A DNA stretch of 64,000 nucleotides from Candidatus Niyogibacteria bacterium (GTDB lineage: Bacteria; Patescibacteriota; Minisyncoccia; HO2-45-28). The notes below the pieces were generated by a model. The model ran no database searches and was not told where the DNA came from. It saw only the letters and a program-made list of their open reading frames with translations. The translations under genes and the position numbers were made by a program. The DNA is taken from positions 63,961 through 127,960 of the forward strand of contig JACOYI010000002.1 in assembly GCA_016181935.1 (NCBI GenBank), read 5' to 3'. The first letter of the stretch is position 1. Each line of letters opens with the position of its first letter. This document shows, piece after piece, positions 56,288 through 64,000 of this stretch.

Positions 56288-58492
56288 TTACCGGCGGTCG
56301 TGGCGGGGACGGAAATGGTTGCCTTCTCCGGTGTCGGCAGGCGGCGGTCCGCCTCGGCTCGCATTCGGCGAGACGGGAGGATATTTCATATTCGCAGCGC
56401 CCGAGGATTGTTTGATGGAAAGATTCACGCGGCCCATTTCGTCAATCTCGATGATCTTGACCGGAACTTTGTCGCCGATATTGACGATGTCGCGCACTTT
56501 GCCCACGCGAAACGGAGCAAGCTCCGAAATATGCACGAGCCCTTCCTGTTTGGGCGCGATCTCCACCATGGCCCCGAATTCAAAAAGGCGCGATACCGTT
56601 CCGATGATTTCCTCCCCCACCTTGAATTCGCGGGTGATGGATTTGATGATCTCTTGCGCCTTTTCCGCCGCCTCTTTGGAGCGCGCGGTAATGAACACTT
56701 CGCCGGTCTGCTCGATGTCGATCTCGGCGCCCGTGTCCTCGATGATCTTGTTGATAACCTTGCCGCCGGGGCCGATGACATCGCGGATCTTGTCCGGATG
56801 GATCTGCATGGAAATGATACGCGGGGCGTAGATGGAAATGGAATCTCGATGTCGCGGAATGGCTTCGAGCATCACACTCATGATCTTCGTGCGCGCGGCG
56901 AGAGCATCTTTCAGTGTCGAGGCGAGCATTTTGAGCGTAATGCCCTCGACTTTCACATCCATTTGAATTGCCGTGATACCGTTTTTGGTTCCGGCGGCCT
57001 TGAAATCCATATCGCCGTGGTGGTCTTCCGGCCCCTGAATGTCGGTCAGCACCTTGAAATTATTTTCTCCGCCGGATTCCATCATCAAGCCCATGGCAAT
57101 TCCCGCAACGGGCTCTTTAATGGGTACGCCCGCGTCCATCAAGGCGAGCGTGGAGGCGCAGGTTGAACTCATGGATGTCGAACCGTTCGATGACATAGCC
57201 TCCGAAACCAACCGGATGGTGTACGGGAAAATTTCTTTCGGCGGTATTACCGGCAAAAGCGCGCGTTCCGCGAGAGCCCCATGCCCGATTTCACGCCGCC
57301 CCGGAGCGCCCATCCGGCCGGTCTCGCCGGTCGAGAACGGCGGGAAATTGTAATGGTGCATGAAGCGCTTTTTCATCTGCACTTCCATGCCTTCGATGAG
57401 CAGCACGTCCGACGGCGCGCCCAAGGTCGCAACCGTCAAAATGTGCGTTTCGCCGCGGTAAAAAATACCGGAGCCGTGCGTGCGCTCGATGGCGCCGGCT
57501 TTTGCATACAATGGACGAACCTCATTCATTTTGCGGCCATCCGGACGGCGGTCTCGCTCCAAGATATTTTTGTGGACGATCACGTCCACCGCGTCTTCAA
57601 AATAGGGTTCGGCCAGTCCGCCAGCTGGCGGACCAAATTGCTCTTCCACGGATTTTTTCCATTCTTTCAATAACTCGCCCACGCCACTACGCTCTTCGGA
57701 TTTGTCGCGAGCCCCGTAGATCGCGTCTTCCAAATGCGGCGCGATATGCTTTTTGAAAAGTTCCTCGGCTGCATCCGGGAGTTCGGGAACGGCAATTTCC
57801 ATTTTTGATTTCCCGACCTCCGCAATGATGTCTTTTTGAAAGCGTTCGAGCCGTTCGAATTCCGGCATCGCTTTTTCGATAGCGCGCACGATATCGTTTT
57901 CCGGAACTTCGGAAGCTCCCGCTTCGATCATATTGATCTTGCCGGATTTTACGCAGGCAATGAGGTCGAGTGTCGTGGTTTTGCGGTCTTCGTAGGCGGG
58001 GTTCAAAATGACCTCTCCGTCCTTGAGCGCGACGCGGAACGGGCTTACTGGTCCGTCCCACGGGATGGGCGAAGTCGCGACCGCAAGAGAGGCCGCAAGG
58101 ATCGCGGGAACATCCGGATCATTGTCGCCGTCGATCGCGAGCGTCATTACGACGACTTGGACGTCGTGGCGTATTTTATGGTTGAACAGCGGCCGCAGCG
58201 TGCGGTCGATGAGCCGTCCCGTAAGCACCGCTTCTTCGGATGGACGGCCTTCGCGGCGCATGAACCGCGAGCCCAAAATCTGGCCGGCCGCGTAAAATTT
58301 CTCTTCGTAATCAACGGAGAGCGGAAAATAGGATGCGGTTGATTTGGGCTCCCGCGCGATGGTCGCGGTCGCGAAAACAACCGTGCCGCCGTAGCGCACG
58401 AGTACCGAACCGGATGCTTGGGATGCCAAGTCCGAGAATTCCACATCGAGCGCCCGTCCGGCAACCTCTGTTTCGTACTTTTTGACTTTCAT
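56288..58492 (-). CDS. pnp: Polyribonucleotide nucleotidyltransferase
   Basis: RREG.P, HYNFPPFS.GE, RREIGHG, SNGS.SM, GDMDFK, KH and S1 domains. Confidence 0.98.
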   Translation of the reverse strand: MKVKKYETEVAGRALDVEFSDLASQASGSVLVRYGGTVVFATATIAREPKSTASYFPLSVDYEEKFYAAGQILGSRFMRREGRPSEEAVLTGRLIDRTLRPLFNHKIRHDVQVVVMTLAIDGDNDPDVPAILAASLAVATSPIPWDGPVSPFRVALKDGEVILNPAYEDRKTTTLDLIACVKSGKINMIEAGASEVPENDIVRAIEKAMPEFERLERFQKDIIAEVGKSKMEIAVPELPDAAEELFKKHIAPHLEDAIYGARDKSEERSGVGELLKEWKKSVEEQFGPPAGGLAEPYFEDAVDVIVHKNILERDRRPDGRKMNEVRPLYAKAGAIERTHGSGIFYRGETHILTVATLGAPSDVLLIEGMEVQMKKRFMHHYNFPPFSTGETGRMGAPGRREIGHGALAERALLPVIPPKEIFPYTIRLVSEAMSSNGSTSMSSTCASTLALMDAGVPIKEPVAGIAMGLMMESGGENNFKVLTDIQGPEDHHGDMDFKAAGTKNGITAIQMDVKVEGITLKMLASTLKDALAARTKIMSVMLEAIPRHRDSISIYAPRIISMQIHPDKIRDVIGPGGKVINKIIEDTGAEIDIEQTGEVFITARSKEAAEKAQEIIKSITREFKVGEEIIGTVSRLFEFGAMVEIAPKQEGLVHISELAPFRVGKVRDIVNIGDKVPVKIIEIDEMGRVNLSIKQSSGAANMKYPPVSPNASRGGPPPADTGEGNHFRPRHDRR

Positions 58493-58494
58493 GA

Positions 58495-59043
58495 TTATTC
58501 GTTCTCCGCGTCCCGTCCATCCCGTTTTCCGTGCGGAATACCGAGCAGGAATTTTGGATTTTCATCCAGATCCGTGAACGAATCCGTATGTTCGCGGAGT
58601 TTGGCGGATGCCGAACGGCCGAATGCCATCACTTCGACCTGAATGCCGAATTGGCCCTCTTTCAGATATTCCACGAGCGGCACGAAGTCGCCATCGCCCG
58701 TGACGAGTACGATCGTGTCCACGCGGGGCGCCAAACGCACCGCATCAATGGTAAGACCCACATCCCAATCCGCTTTTTTTACGCCGCCCGCAAAGATCTG
58801 GATGTCCTTGTTTTTGGGTTCGATCCCGATCTTTTCGAGCGCCTCAAAAAACGCCGCTTCCTCTCCGGAGGGCGTTTTGATCACATAACCGATCGCGCGC
58901 ACCAATTTCCGGTTCGCGACCGCCTGCTTCAGGATTTCTTTGAAATTGACGCGCTTTCCGTAGAGGTTGCGCGCCGAGTGGTACATGTTTTGAACGTCGA
59001 TCAAAACCGCAACTCGCTGTTCTTTGTGTCGGATGACGGGCAT
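58495..59043 (-). CDS. NYN domain protein (LabA/DUF88)
   Basis: IDVQN, KADWDV...D, TGDGDF. Confidence 0.9.
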   Translation of the reverse strand: MPVIRHKEQRVAVLIDVQNMYHSARNLYGKRVNFKEILKQAVANRKLVRAIGYVIKTPSGEEAAFFEALEKIGIEPKNKDIQIFAGGVKKADWDVGLTIDAVRLAPRVDTIVLVTGDGDFVPLVEYLKEGQFGIQVEVMAFGRSASAKLREHTDSFTDLDENPKFLLGIPHGKRDGRDAENE

Positions 59044-59044
59044 T

Positions 59045-59311
59045 TTATGATTTTAAACCGATTTTTTTGGCAATATCCGAATAGCGCTTCTCGTCTTCTT
59101 TTTTCAGATAGTTCAGGAGCGATTTTCGCTTGGCCACCATGCGCAAAAGCCCGCGGCGAGAGTGGGTGTCTTTCGGGTTTGTCTTCAAATGCTGGGTCAG
59201 GGACTTCATTTCCTCGGTCAGGAGCGCGATCTGAACCTCGGATGAGCCGGTATCGCGCTCGTCCAGCTTGAATTTTTCGATGACTTTTTGCTTGGTTTTA
59301 GTGCTTAACAT
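59045..59311 (-). CDS. rpsO: 30S ribosomal protein S15
   Basis: DTGSSEVQIALLT, KD.HSRRGLL.MV.KR. Confidence 0.97.
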   Translation of the reverse strand: MLSTKTKQKVIEKFKLDERDTGSSEVQIALLTEEMKSLTQHLKTNPKDTHSRRGLLRMVAKRKSLLNYLKKEDEKRYSDIAKKIGLKS

Positions 59312-59410
59312 CGCTTCCAGCGTAGCACGGGGGCTTGATTTAAGCAAGGCTTTATGCTATCCTGTCGTGGGGTTCTTCTAATCATTCCTTTAACCATGAG
59401 AGGAAACATA

Positions 59411-59626
59411 ATGCCGCGCAACAAGAAGATGGAGAGAAAAAAAATAAGAGGGAAAATATCCTCCCTGAACCTAGAAATAGGAAATTTAAGGAGGATGGCT
59501 GCATATTGGGGGTCTGATTTTGCGGTGTATGCTCCGGAAAGGGCCATAAAATGTCGTGATGAACGAATTCAGCTTGAACATAAGCGAGAACAATTGAGCA
59601 TGAAGCTGAAATCTCTTCCTTCGTAG
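59411..59626 (+). CDS. Small basic coiled-coil hypothetical protein
   Basis: TTGATT-17-TATCCT, GAGAGGA SD, terminator at ~59649-59674. Confidence 0.6.
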   Translation: MPRNKKMERKKIRGKISSLNLEIGNLRRMAAYWGSDFAVYAPERAIKCRDERIQLEHKREQLSMKLKSLPS

Positions 59627-59672
59627 CACGGCTGCAGGATTTGTTCAACCCCGGCTTCGGCCGGGGATTTTT

Positions 59673-61430
59673 TTATCCGACCGATTCGAGATAACACTTT
59701 TCGCAATAGACAATACGCGGATCGGATGGCGGGTAAACGGTTTGGAACGAGCAGCCGCACTTCGGGCAGGTGCGGGTATAAAATTGCGTCCGGATCGAAC
59801 CGAATGCCTTCCGCATTTTTTCAATGAGAGTGATCGGGTTTTCCTGCGGCAACGGGAGCGAATGCATCCGATAAAAATCAAGCTCCGTTTTCGTGACGCG
59901 GAATTTTTTGTTATCCCGACCGAGAATGATCGTTCGCAGAATATCATCATGAATATCGCGTATATCGTCCGGAAGGGTATCGGCGCGGACGATTTCGCCG
60001 TCCGCTGATCCGTCGGTTTCCGGAATGATTTCCACGGGGTAGCCGAGTTTTCGCGCTTCTTCCACATTGTCATAGCCGATATACGATGTTGCGAAAGAAA
60101 TATTATATGGGAAGGGCGACAGATGCGGCGGATAGAATTCGCCGTATTCCCCGCGCTCGAGCATCGCGGTTTTAAGCGTGTCCACGAGCGGCCAATACTC
60201 ATCTTCCATATATTGTTTGTTGAAAATGCAGAATTTTTTCTTAGACAATGCGACACAGCCGAAACAGTCTTCACACGCATTGCAATCCCACGAGTATTCG
60301 AGATTTTGCCCGTTCTTATCGAAGTAGCAGAATTTGCAATTTGCCGAGTTGAGCGATGTTAAGCTTTCGTAGCACCGTTCAACATTGAGGCCGCCAAAGT
60401 TATGATAGGAGTCGCGGGCGTTGAATCCGCCCATGGAGTACGCGACATTTTGGGCGCCTTCCATGAAGGACGACTCGTAGCAATTTGTTGAATTGACCAG
60501 CCGGTCGCCGATACTGTCTTTGGTGTTTTCATTATGGTTCGGGCGGTGAATTGCGCGTTTTTTCAATTCCTCGAATTGCTTTTTGTAGCGCTCCACGACG
60601 TCGCGGCTTCCGAAATTGATTTCCTTGATGCGCGCCGCATACGCTTCTTTACTTAACGGTTCGTTCAAAAAATAGTGTTTTTTATGGCGGAGATTTACAG
60701 AACCGAAACAGGAGTCGCAGCTGCGGCAGTCGTAAAGGAAATAAGAATCTTGGCAGTCGCGCGACTGTTCGCACCAAAACGAGCGATACATATTCTTGCA
60801 ATCCAAAAGGCCGTAGCAGGAATCGCTCGAATATAATCCGCAGGAATTCCCGGAATTCGTTGAATAAATATAGCCCGCGCCGTTCCAGCAGTTTTCCGCT
60901 CCCACGGAATCGAAAATGAGATAGCAGTTTTTTACGCCGAGGACGACATTCGCATATTCCGTACCAACGCTCGCGGGATCGATGAACAAGTTGAAGCGCG
61001 GAACATCGAGCGTGAGTTTTTTGAACTGCTCGAAAAAGGGCGCGTTCATGTCTATGGCGCGGCCATAATCCATCGGGTTCCATTGGTCGCCGAACCACGC
61101 CTTGTGTTCGTAAATTTTGTAGGGCGTATTCGGCGGATACATCGCTACGATGGTTTTACCAGAAAATGCGGATTTGACTTTGAAAAGATTGTAAATGTTG
61201 GTGAACGCAAATTTTTGCCGGTGGCGTTCGTCCGGTGAAACGGTCGGCAAAGGCACGCGGATGTTCTTGTAAAATGCAATGTCTTCGGGACGGATATAGA
61301 AGGGCTCTCCCGAAATACGGCAGGTGCGCGTTTGCCCGCCTTTTTCGTCGAGTTCGAGCTTTGAGTAGTAGGCATCGAGCGCGGCGTCGAACCGCGGGGT
61401 TTTGGATTTCATATCGCCATCATGCCCCAT
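59673..61430 (-). CDS. CPR-type Cys-rich repeat protein with terminal zinc ribbons
   Basis: C..CFG...L..K...I.N repeats, GEYGEF.P, C-terminal CPKC..YCEKCY. Confidence 0.8.
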   Translation of the reverse strand: MGHDGDMKSKTPRFDAALDAYYSKLELDEKGGQTRTCRISGEPFYIRPEDIAFYKNIRVPLPTVSPDERHRQKFAFTNIYNLFKVKSAFSGKTIVAMYPPNTPYKIYEHKAWFGDQWNPMDYGRAIDMNAPFFEQFKKLTLDVPRFNLFIDPASVGTEYANVVLGVKNCYLIFDSVGAENCWNGAGYIYSTNSGNSCGLYSSDSCYGLLDCKNMYRSFWCEQSRDCQDSYFLYDCRSCDSCFGSVNLRHKKHYFLNEPLSKEAYAARIKEINFGSRDVVERYKKQFEELKKRAIHRPNHNENTKDSIGDRLVNSTNCYESSFMEGAQNVAYSMGGFNARDSYHNFGGLNVERCYESLTSLNSANCKFCYFDKNGQNLEYSWDCNACEDCFGCVALSKKKFCIFNKQYMEDEYWPLVDTLKTAMLERGEYGEFYPPHLSPFPYNISFATSYIGYDNVEEARKLGYPVEIIPETDGSADGEIVRADTLPDDIRDIHDDILRTIILGRDNKKFRVTKTELDFYRMHSLPLPQENPITLIEKMRKAFGSIRTQFYTRTCPKCGCSFQTVYPPSDPRIVYCEKCYLESVG

Positions 61431-61456
61431 TTATGGATGTTTGATAAGATAAGATT

Positions 61457-62368
61457 GTGCGACGCATAGATATACAAGCCCTCTATAGAAATTACCTCGA
61501 ATACTTGGAGATCGAGCGGGGGCGGAGCTTGAAAACGCTCGATAATTACGGGCACTATATTTCGGCGTTTCTTGAATTTGCGAAGGCGAAGACGCCAGAC
61601 GATATCACCGAGGACGGCGTGCGGGAGTTTCGGATGCGGCTCAACCGCGCGAATCTCAAGCGCCGGACGCAAAACTACTATCTTATAGCACTCCGCGGAT
61701 TCCTGAAGTATCTGGCCAAGCGCGGGGTTCCGAGTTTGGCGCCCGAAAAGATCGAACTGGCCAAGGTGCCGGAGCGCGAATTCGACTTGATTAGTGACGA
61801 CGAATTGGGGCGTCTGCTCGCCTCCCCCAACGGGTCGGACGCGAAAAGCATGCGCGACCGCGCACTCTTTGAATTGTTGTTTTCGACGGGATTACGGGTT
61901 TCGGAGCTCTGTTCGCTCAATCGGGATTCGATCAATCTCTCGCGCGGCGAGTTCAGTGTGCGCGGAAAAGGCGAAAAAGTGCGCGTGGTATTTTTGTCGG
62001 ACAGCGCGCGCGATGCTCTTAAGGGGTGGCTCGATAAGCGGAAGGATATGAGCGAAGCATTGTTTACGAATTTCCGGCGCGGCGCAAAAGACGAACTGGA
62101 TGAAAAAGCGCGGCTTACCTCCCGCTCGGTGGAGCGCATCATCAAGTTTTATGCGGTAAAGGCGGGCATCTCGAAAAAGGTCACGCCGCACGTATTGCGG
62201 CATTGTTTTGCGACCGATCTTTTGCAAAACGGCGCGGATTTGCGTTCGGTGCAGATGCTCTTGGGCCATGCGAATGTGGCGACGACGCAAATTTATACGC
62301 ACATCACGAACCGGCAGTTAAAAGATATTCATCAAGCGTTCCATGGGAAAAAAAGAAGGGCGAATTGA
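61457..62368 (+). CDS. XerC/XerD-type tyrosine recombinase
   Basis: RDRA..ELLFSTGLRVSEL, GKG.K.R, HVLRH.FAT, LGH...TTQIYTH. Confidence 0.93.
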   Translation: MRRIDIQALYRNYLEYLEIERGRSLKTLDNYGHYISAFLEFAKAKTPDDITEDGVREFRMRLNRANLKRRTQNYYLIALRGFLKYLAKRGVPSLAPEKIELAKVPEREFDLISDDELGRLLASPNGSDAKSMRDRALFELLFSTGLRVSELCSLNRDSINLSRGEFSVRGKGEKVRVVFLSDSARDALKGWLDKRKDMSEALFTNFRRGAKDELDEKARLTSRSVERIIKFYAVKAGISKKVTPHVLRHCFATDLLQNGADLRSVQMLLGHANVATTQIYTHITNRQLKDIHQAFHGKKRRAN

Positions 62369-62386
62369 ATTCGCCCCCCAAATGTA

Positions 62387-62563
62387 TTAAGCATATGCGC
62401 CTGATTTCATTTGCTCGATAATCTCCTCAACCGCTTCGATGTCTCCTCGTTCGATGCGCTCTCGGGGCGTATCGCCGCCCAATAGTTTGTTGGGCAAACT
62501 GATCCATCGTAACGCTTCTTCCCTTGAATATAGCTTGTTGAGTAGCCACAAGATCCGTTCCAC
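62387..62563 (-). CDS. Xre/MbcA/ParS antitoxin C-terminal-like domain (orphan, possibly a fragment)
   Basis: A..W...PN..LGG.TP...I..G....V. Confidence 0.6.
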   Translation of the reverse strand: MERILWLLNKLYSREEALRWISLPNKLLGGDTPRERIERGDIEAVEEIIEQMKSGAYA

Positions 62564-62564
62564 A

Positions 62565-62780
62565 TCAGACGACACGGCGTTCTTTCTCCGCGGAAATCCG
62601 CGCCTTTTCTTCCGTTGTCGGGAGCCAGATGAAGGGCATGGCGAATAGTGCGATGGCGACGATAATCTTTGCGACAAAAAATCCTACCTCTTCTCCCACG
62701 CCGACCGCGGCGAGTGCAAAAACGGCGGAGATTCCCGCGATCTCGAGCGAGCGCCTGACCTTGTCATTCCGGTTTTTCAT
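62565..62780 (-). CDS. Small two-TM membrane protein
   Basis: TTGACA-17-TAATAT upstream, GGAG SD, two hydrophobic helices. Confidence 0.6.
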   Translation of the reverse strand: MKNRNDKVRRSLEIAGISAVFALAAVGVGEEVGFFVAKIIVAIALFAMPFIWLPTTEEKARISAEKERRVV

Positions 62781-62905
62781 TTTTCTCTCCCGATGAAGTT
62801 GTCAAACCGTTGTTTGCGAGTTGTTCAAAACTACGGCCATATTACATACAAACACCAACTATGTCAAGCGCGAAAGAGAATCCCGATGCCAAGCATCGGG
62901 TTTTG

Positions 62906-63532
62906 TTAGAATCGTTCGATTGCGTCCTCACATTTTTCAATGCCGGTTTGGGTGCAGTCATACCAGCAGGTTTTGCCGCCCTGCGCCGCAAATGCGTCGA
63001 GATAGGGGCGGACGTCATCAATGTACAGGATGTTTGATGGGTGGGCGCCGGAGCGCGCAATAGCCGTAAGAAAGATTTTTTCCTCGGGTTTGCGGGCGCC
63101 GACCTCAAAAGACAGGATGCGGCGTTCGGGATTTGAAAAATATTTTTGAATCACCGGAAGCCGCTGAACGTATTCCCATTGGATCTCATCGATGTTGGAC
63201 AGGAGAAACATCGAAATATCCATTTCGTGAATGATTTCGAGAGTGTTGGCGATGCCGTGGTTTTCCCGAAAAATATCACCCCACAGGCGCCGGAATGCCG
63301 CAAAGGATATTTTTTTGTTGAGAGAAAAGCGGTTTCGAAATTCTTCGAAAAATTCTTTTGCGCTCACTTCCCCCCGTTCGCGCCGATCCAGAGAGGAATC
63401 CGAAAAGGTCGCTTGCATGATTTCTTCCGGCGCTGCCGCAGAAAGCAGGGCGAGTTTTTTACACGCCATTTCGCGGTCAAATGTCACGAGCACATTTCCG
63501 ACATCTAACAACACGGCTTTGGGGACTGTCAT
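62906..63532 (-). CDS. HAD family phosphatase
   Basis: DVGNVL, LSN, KP...IF, YIDD. Confidence 0.88.
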   Translation of the reverse strand: MTVPKAVLLDVGNVLVTFDREMACKKLALLSAAAPEEIMQATFSDSSLDRRERGEVSAKEFFEEFRNRFSLNKKISFAAFRRLWGDIFRENHGIANTLEIIHEMDISMFLLSNIDEIQWEYVQRLPVIQKYFSNPERRILSFEVGARKPEEKIFLTAIARSGAHPSNILYIDDVRPYLDAFAAQGGKTCWYDCTQTGIEKCEDAIERF

Positions 63533-63654
63533 TCCCGTACCCCTCGCGAAAGAGTTTTGCTTGTTTTTTAAGAGAGCAGGTGAGAACTTCACAGAAAATA
63601 ACGTATTTTTTTATATTTGTCAAGTGGGCGGAATGATGGTATTTTTAATGCGTT

Positions 63655-63726
63655 GCTCTCGTGGTGAAATGGATATCACGGCTGCCTTCGAAGCAGTTAT
63701 TGGGGGTTCGAATCCCTCCGAGAGCA
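63655..63726 (+). tRNA. tRNA-Arg (anticodon TCG), CCA not encoded
   Basis: Acceptor stem GCTCTCG/CGAGAGC, anticodon loop CTTCGAA, T-loop GGTTCGAATCC. Confidence 0.93.
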
Positions 63727-63741
63727 CAAAATTGCTATAGT

Positions 63742-63874
63742 AATTTTGTGCTCGAAGAGCGAGCCAACTGCTTGGCTCGCGCGAGGATTCGAAGGGTTGA
63801 GCGATGCGCGAGGCGCCGCGAAACTCCGGATTTTGCGTAGGGGGCAAAATCGAATCCTGGCGAGAGCACATAAA
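63742..63874. repeat. tRNA-3'-derived inverted and direct repeat element
   Basis: aattttgtgctc is the reverse complement of 63722-63733; 63850-63870 matches 63708-63728 at 18/21 nt. Confidence 0.65.
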
Positions 63875-63875
63875 A

Positions 63876-64000
63876 ATGGAGCAACTTATCTTTAGAGAAA
63901 CAAGCGGACCATTGCCGACATCCGAGTACGATTTTGTTGTGGATGGAGAGAAAGTAGGGTTTTTGCAAATTCGGCATAAGCTATCTCATGCTCCCGATGT
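63876..64000 (+). CDS. Partial ORF, possibly a GNAT acetyltransferase
   Basis: MEQLIF...VDGEKVGFLQIRH, runs off the window end. Confidence 0.45.
   Translation, partial: MEQLIFRETSGPLPTSEYDFVVDGEKVGFLQIRHKLSHAPD

Noticed and set aside
61457-63726. Integrative element made of the tyrosine recombinase and tRNA-Arg
   Set aside because: The protein looks like a housekeeping XerC/D with a core-type start; no att duplication brackets it and there are no phage or plasmid genes
1-64000. CRISPR array or cas genes
   Set aside because: No regularly spaced direct repeats with unique spacers; the short tandem tracts at 21421, 26445 and 35205 are 7-8 nt degenerate units

Overview
Core-chromosome window from a Patescibacteria/CPR bacterium. 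The Parcubacteria-like assignment is inferred from gene content and style. It spans the likely replication origin (dnaN-dnaA-rpmH-rnpA-yidC-jag). It also carries repair/recombination genes (ruvA, ruvB, ruvC, uvrB, polA, pcrA, comM, a xer recombinase), translation genes (rpsT, rpsO, tyrS, tsaE, rsmA, pnp, tRNA-Arg), cell-wall genes (murE, a class A PBP, LysM/M23), a PilB/GspE ATPase and a CPR-type T4SS-like cluster. No CRISPR array, transposase or reverse transcriptase was seen. Main unexplained structure: (1) several families of tiny palindromic elements inserted in frame, sometimes nested, in housekeeping genes, with rsmA as a hotspot; (2) two expression regimes, with apparently leaderless core genes versus single accessory cassettes that have a consensus promoter, SD and terminator; (3) an orphan DGR variable-repeat-like fragment with a downstream hairpin; (4) a promoter-backed 6S-like RNA and a second structured RNA candidate; (5) a synonymously diverged murE 5' relic bracketing a toxin-antitoxin islet; (6) two genes sharing an N-terminal module on either side of pspA; (7) MITE-like elements, one of which contains the polA start codon. 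All family assignments come from motif recognition by eye, not database searches.
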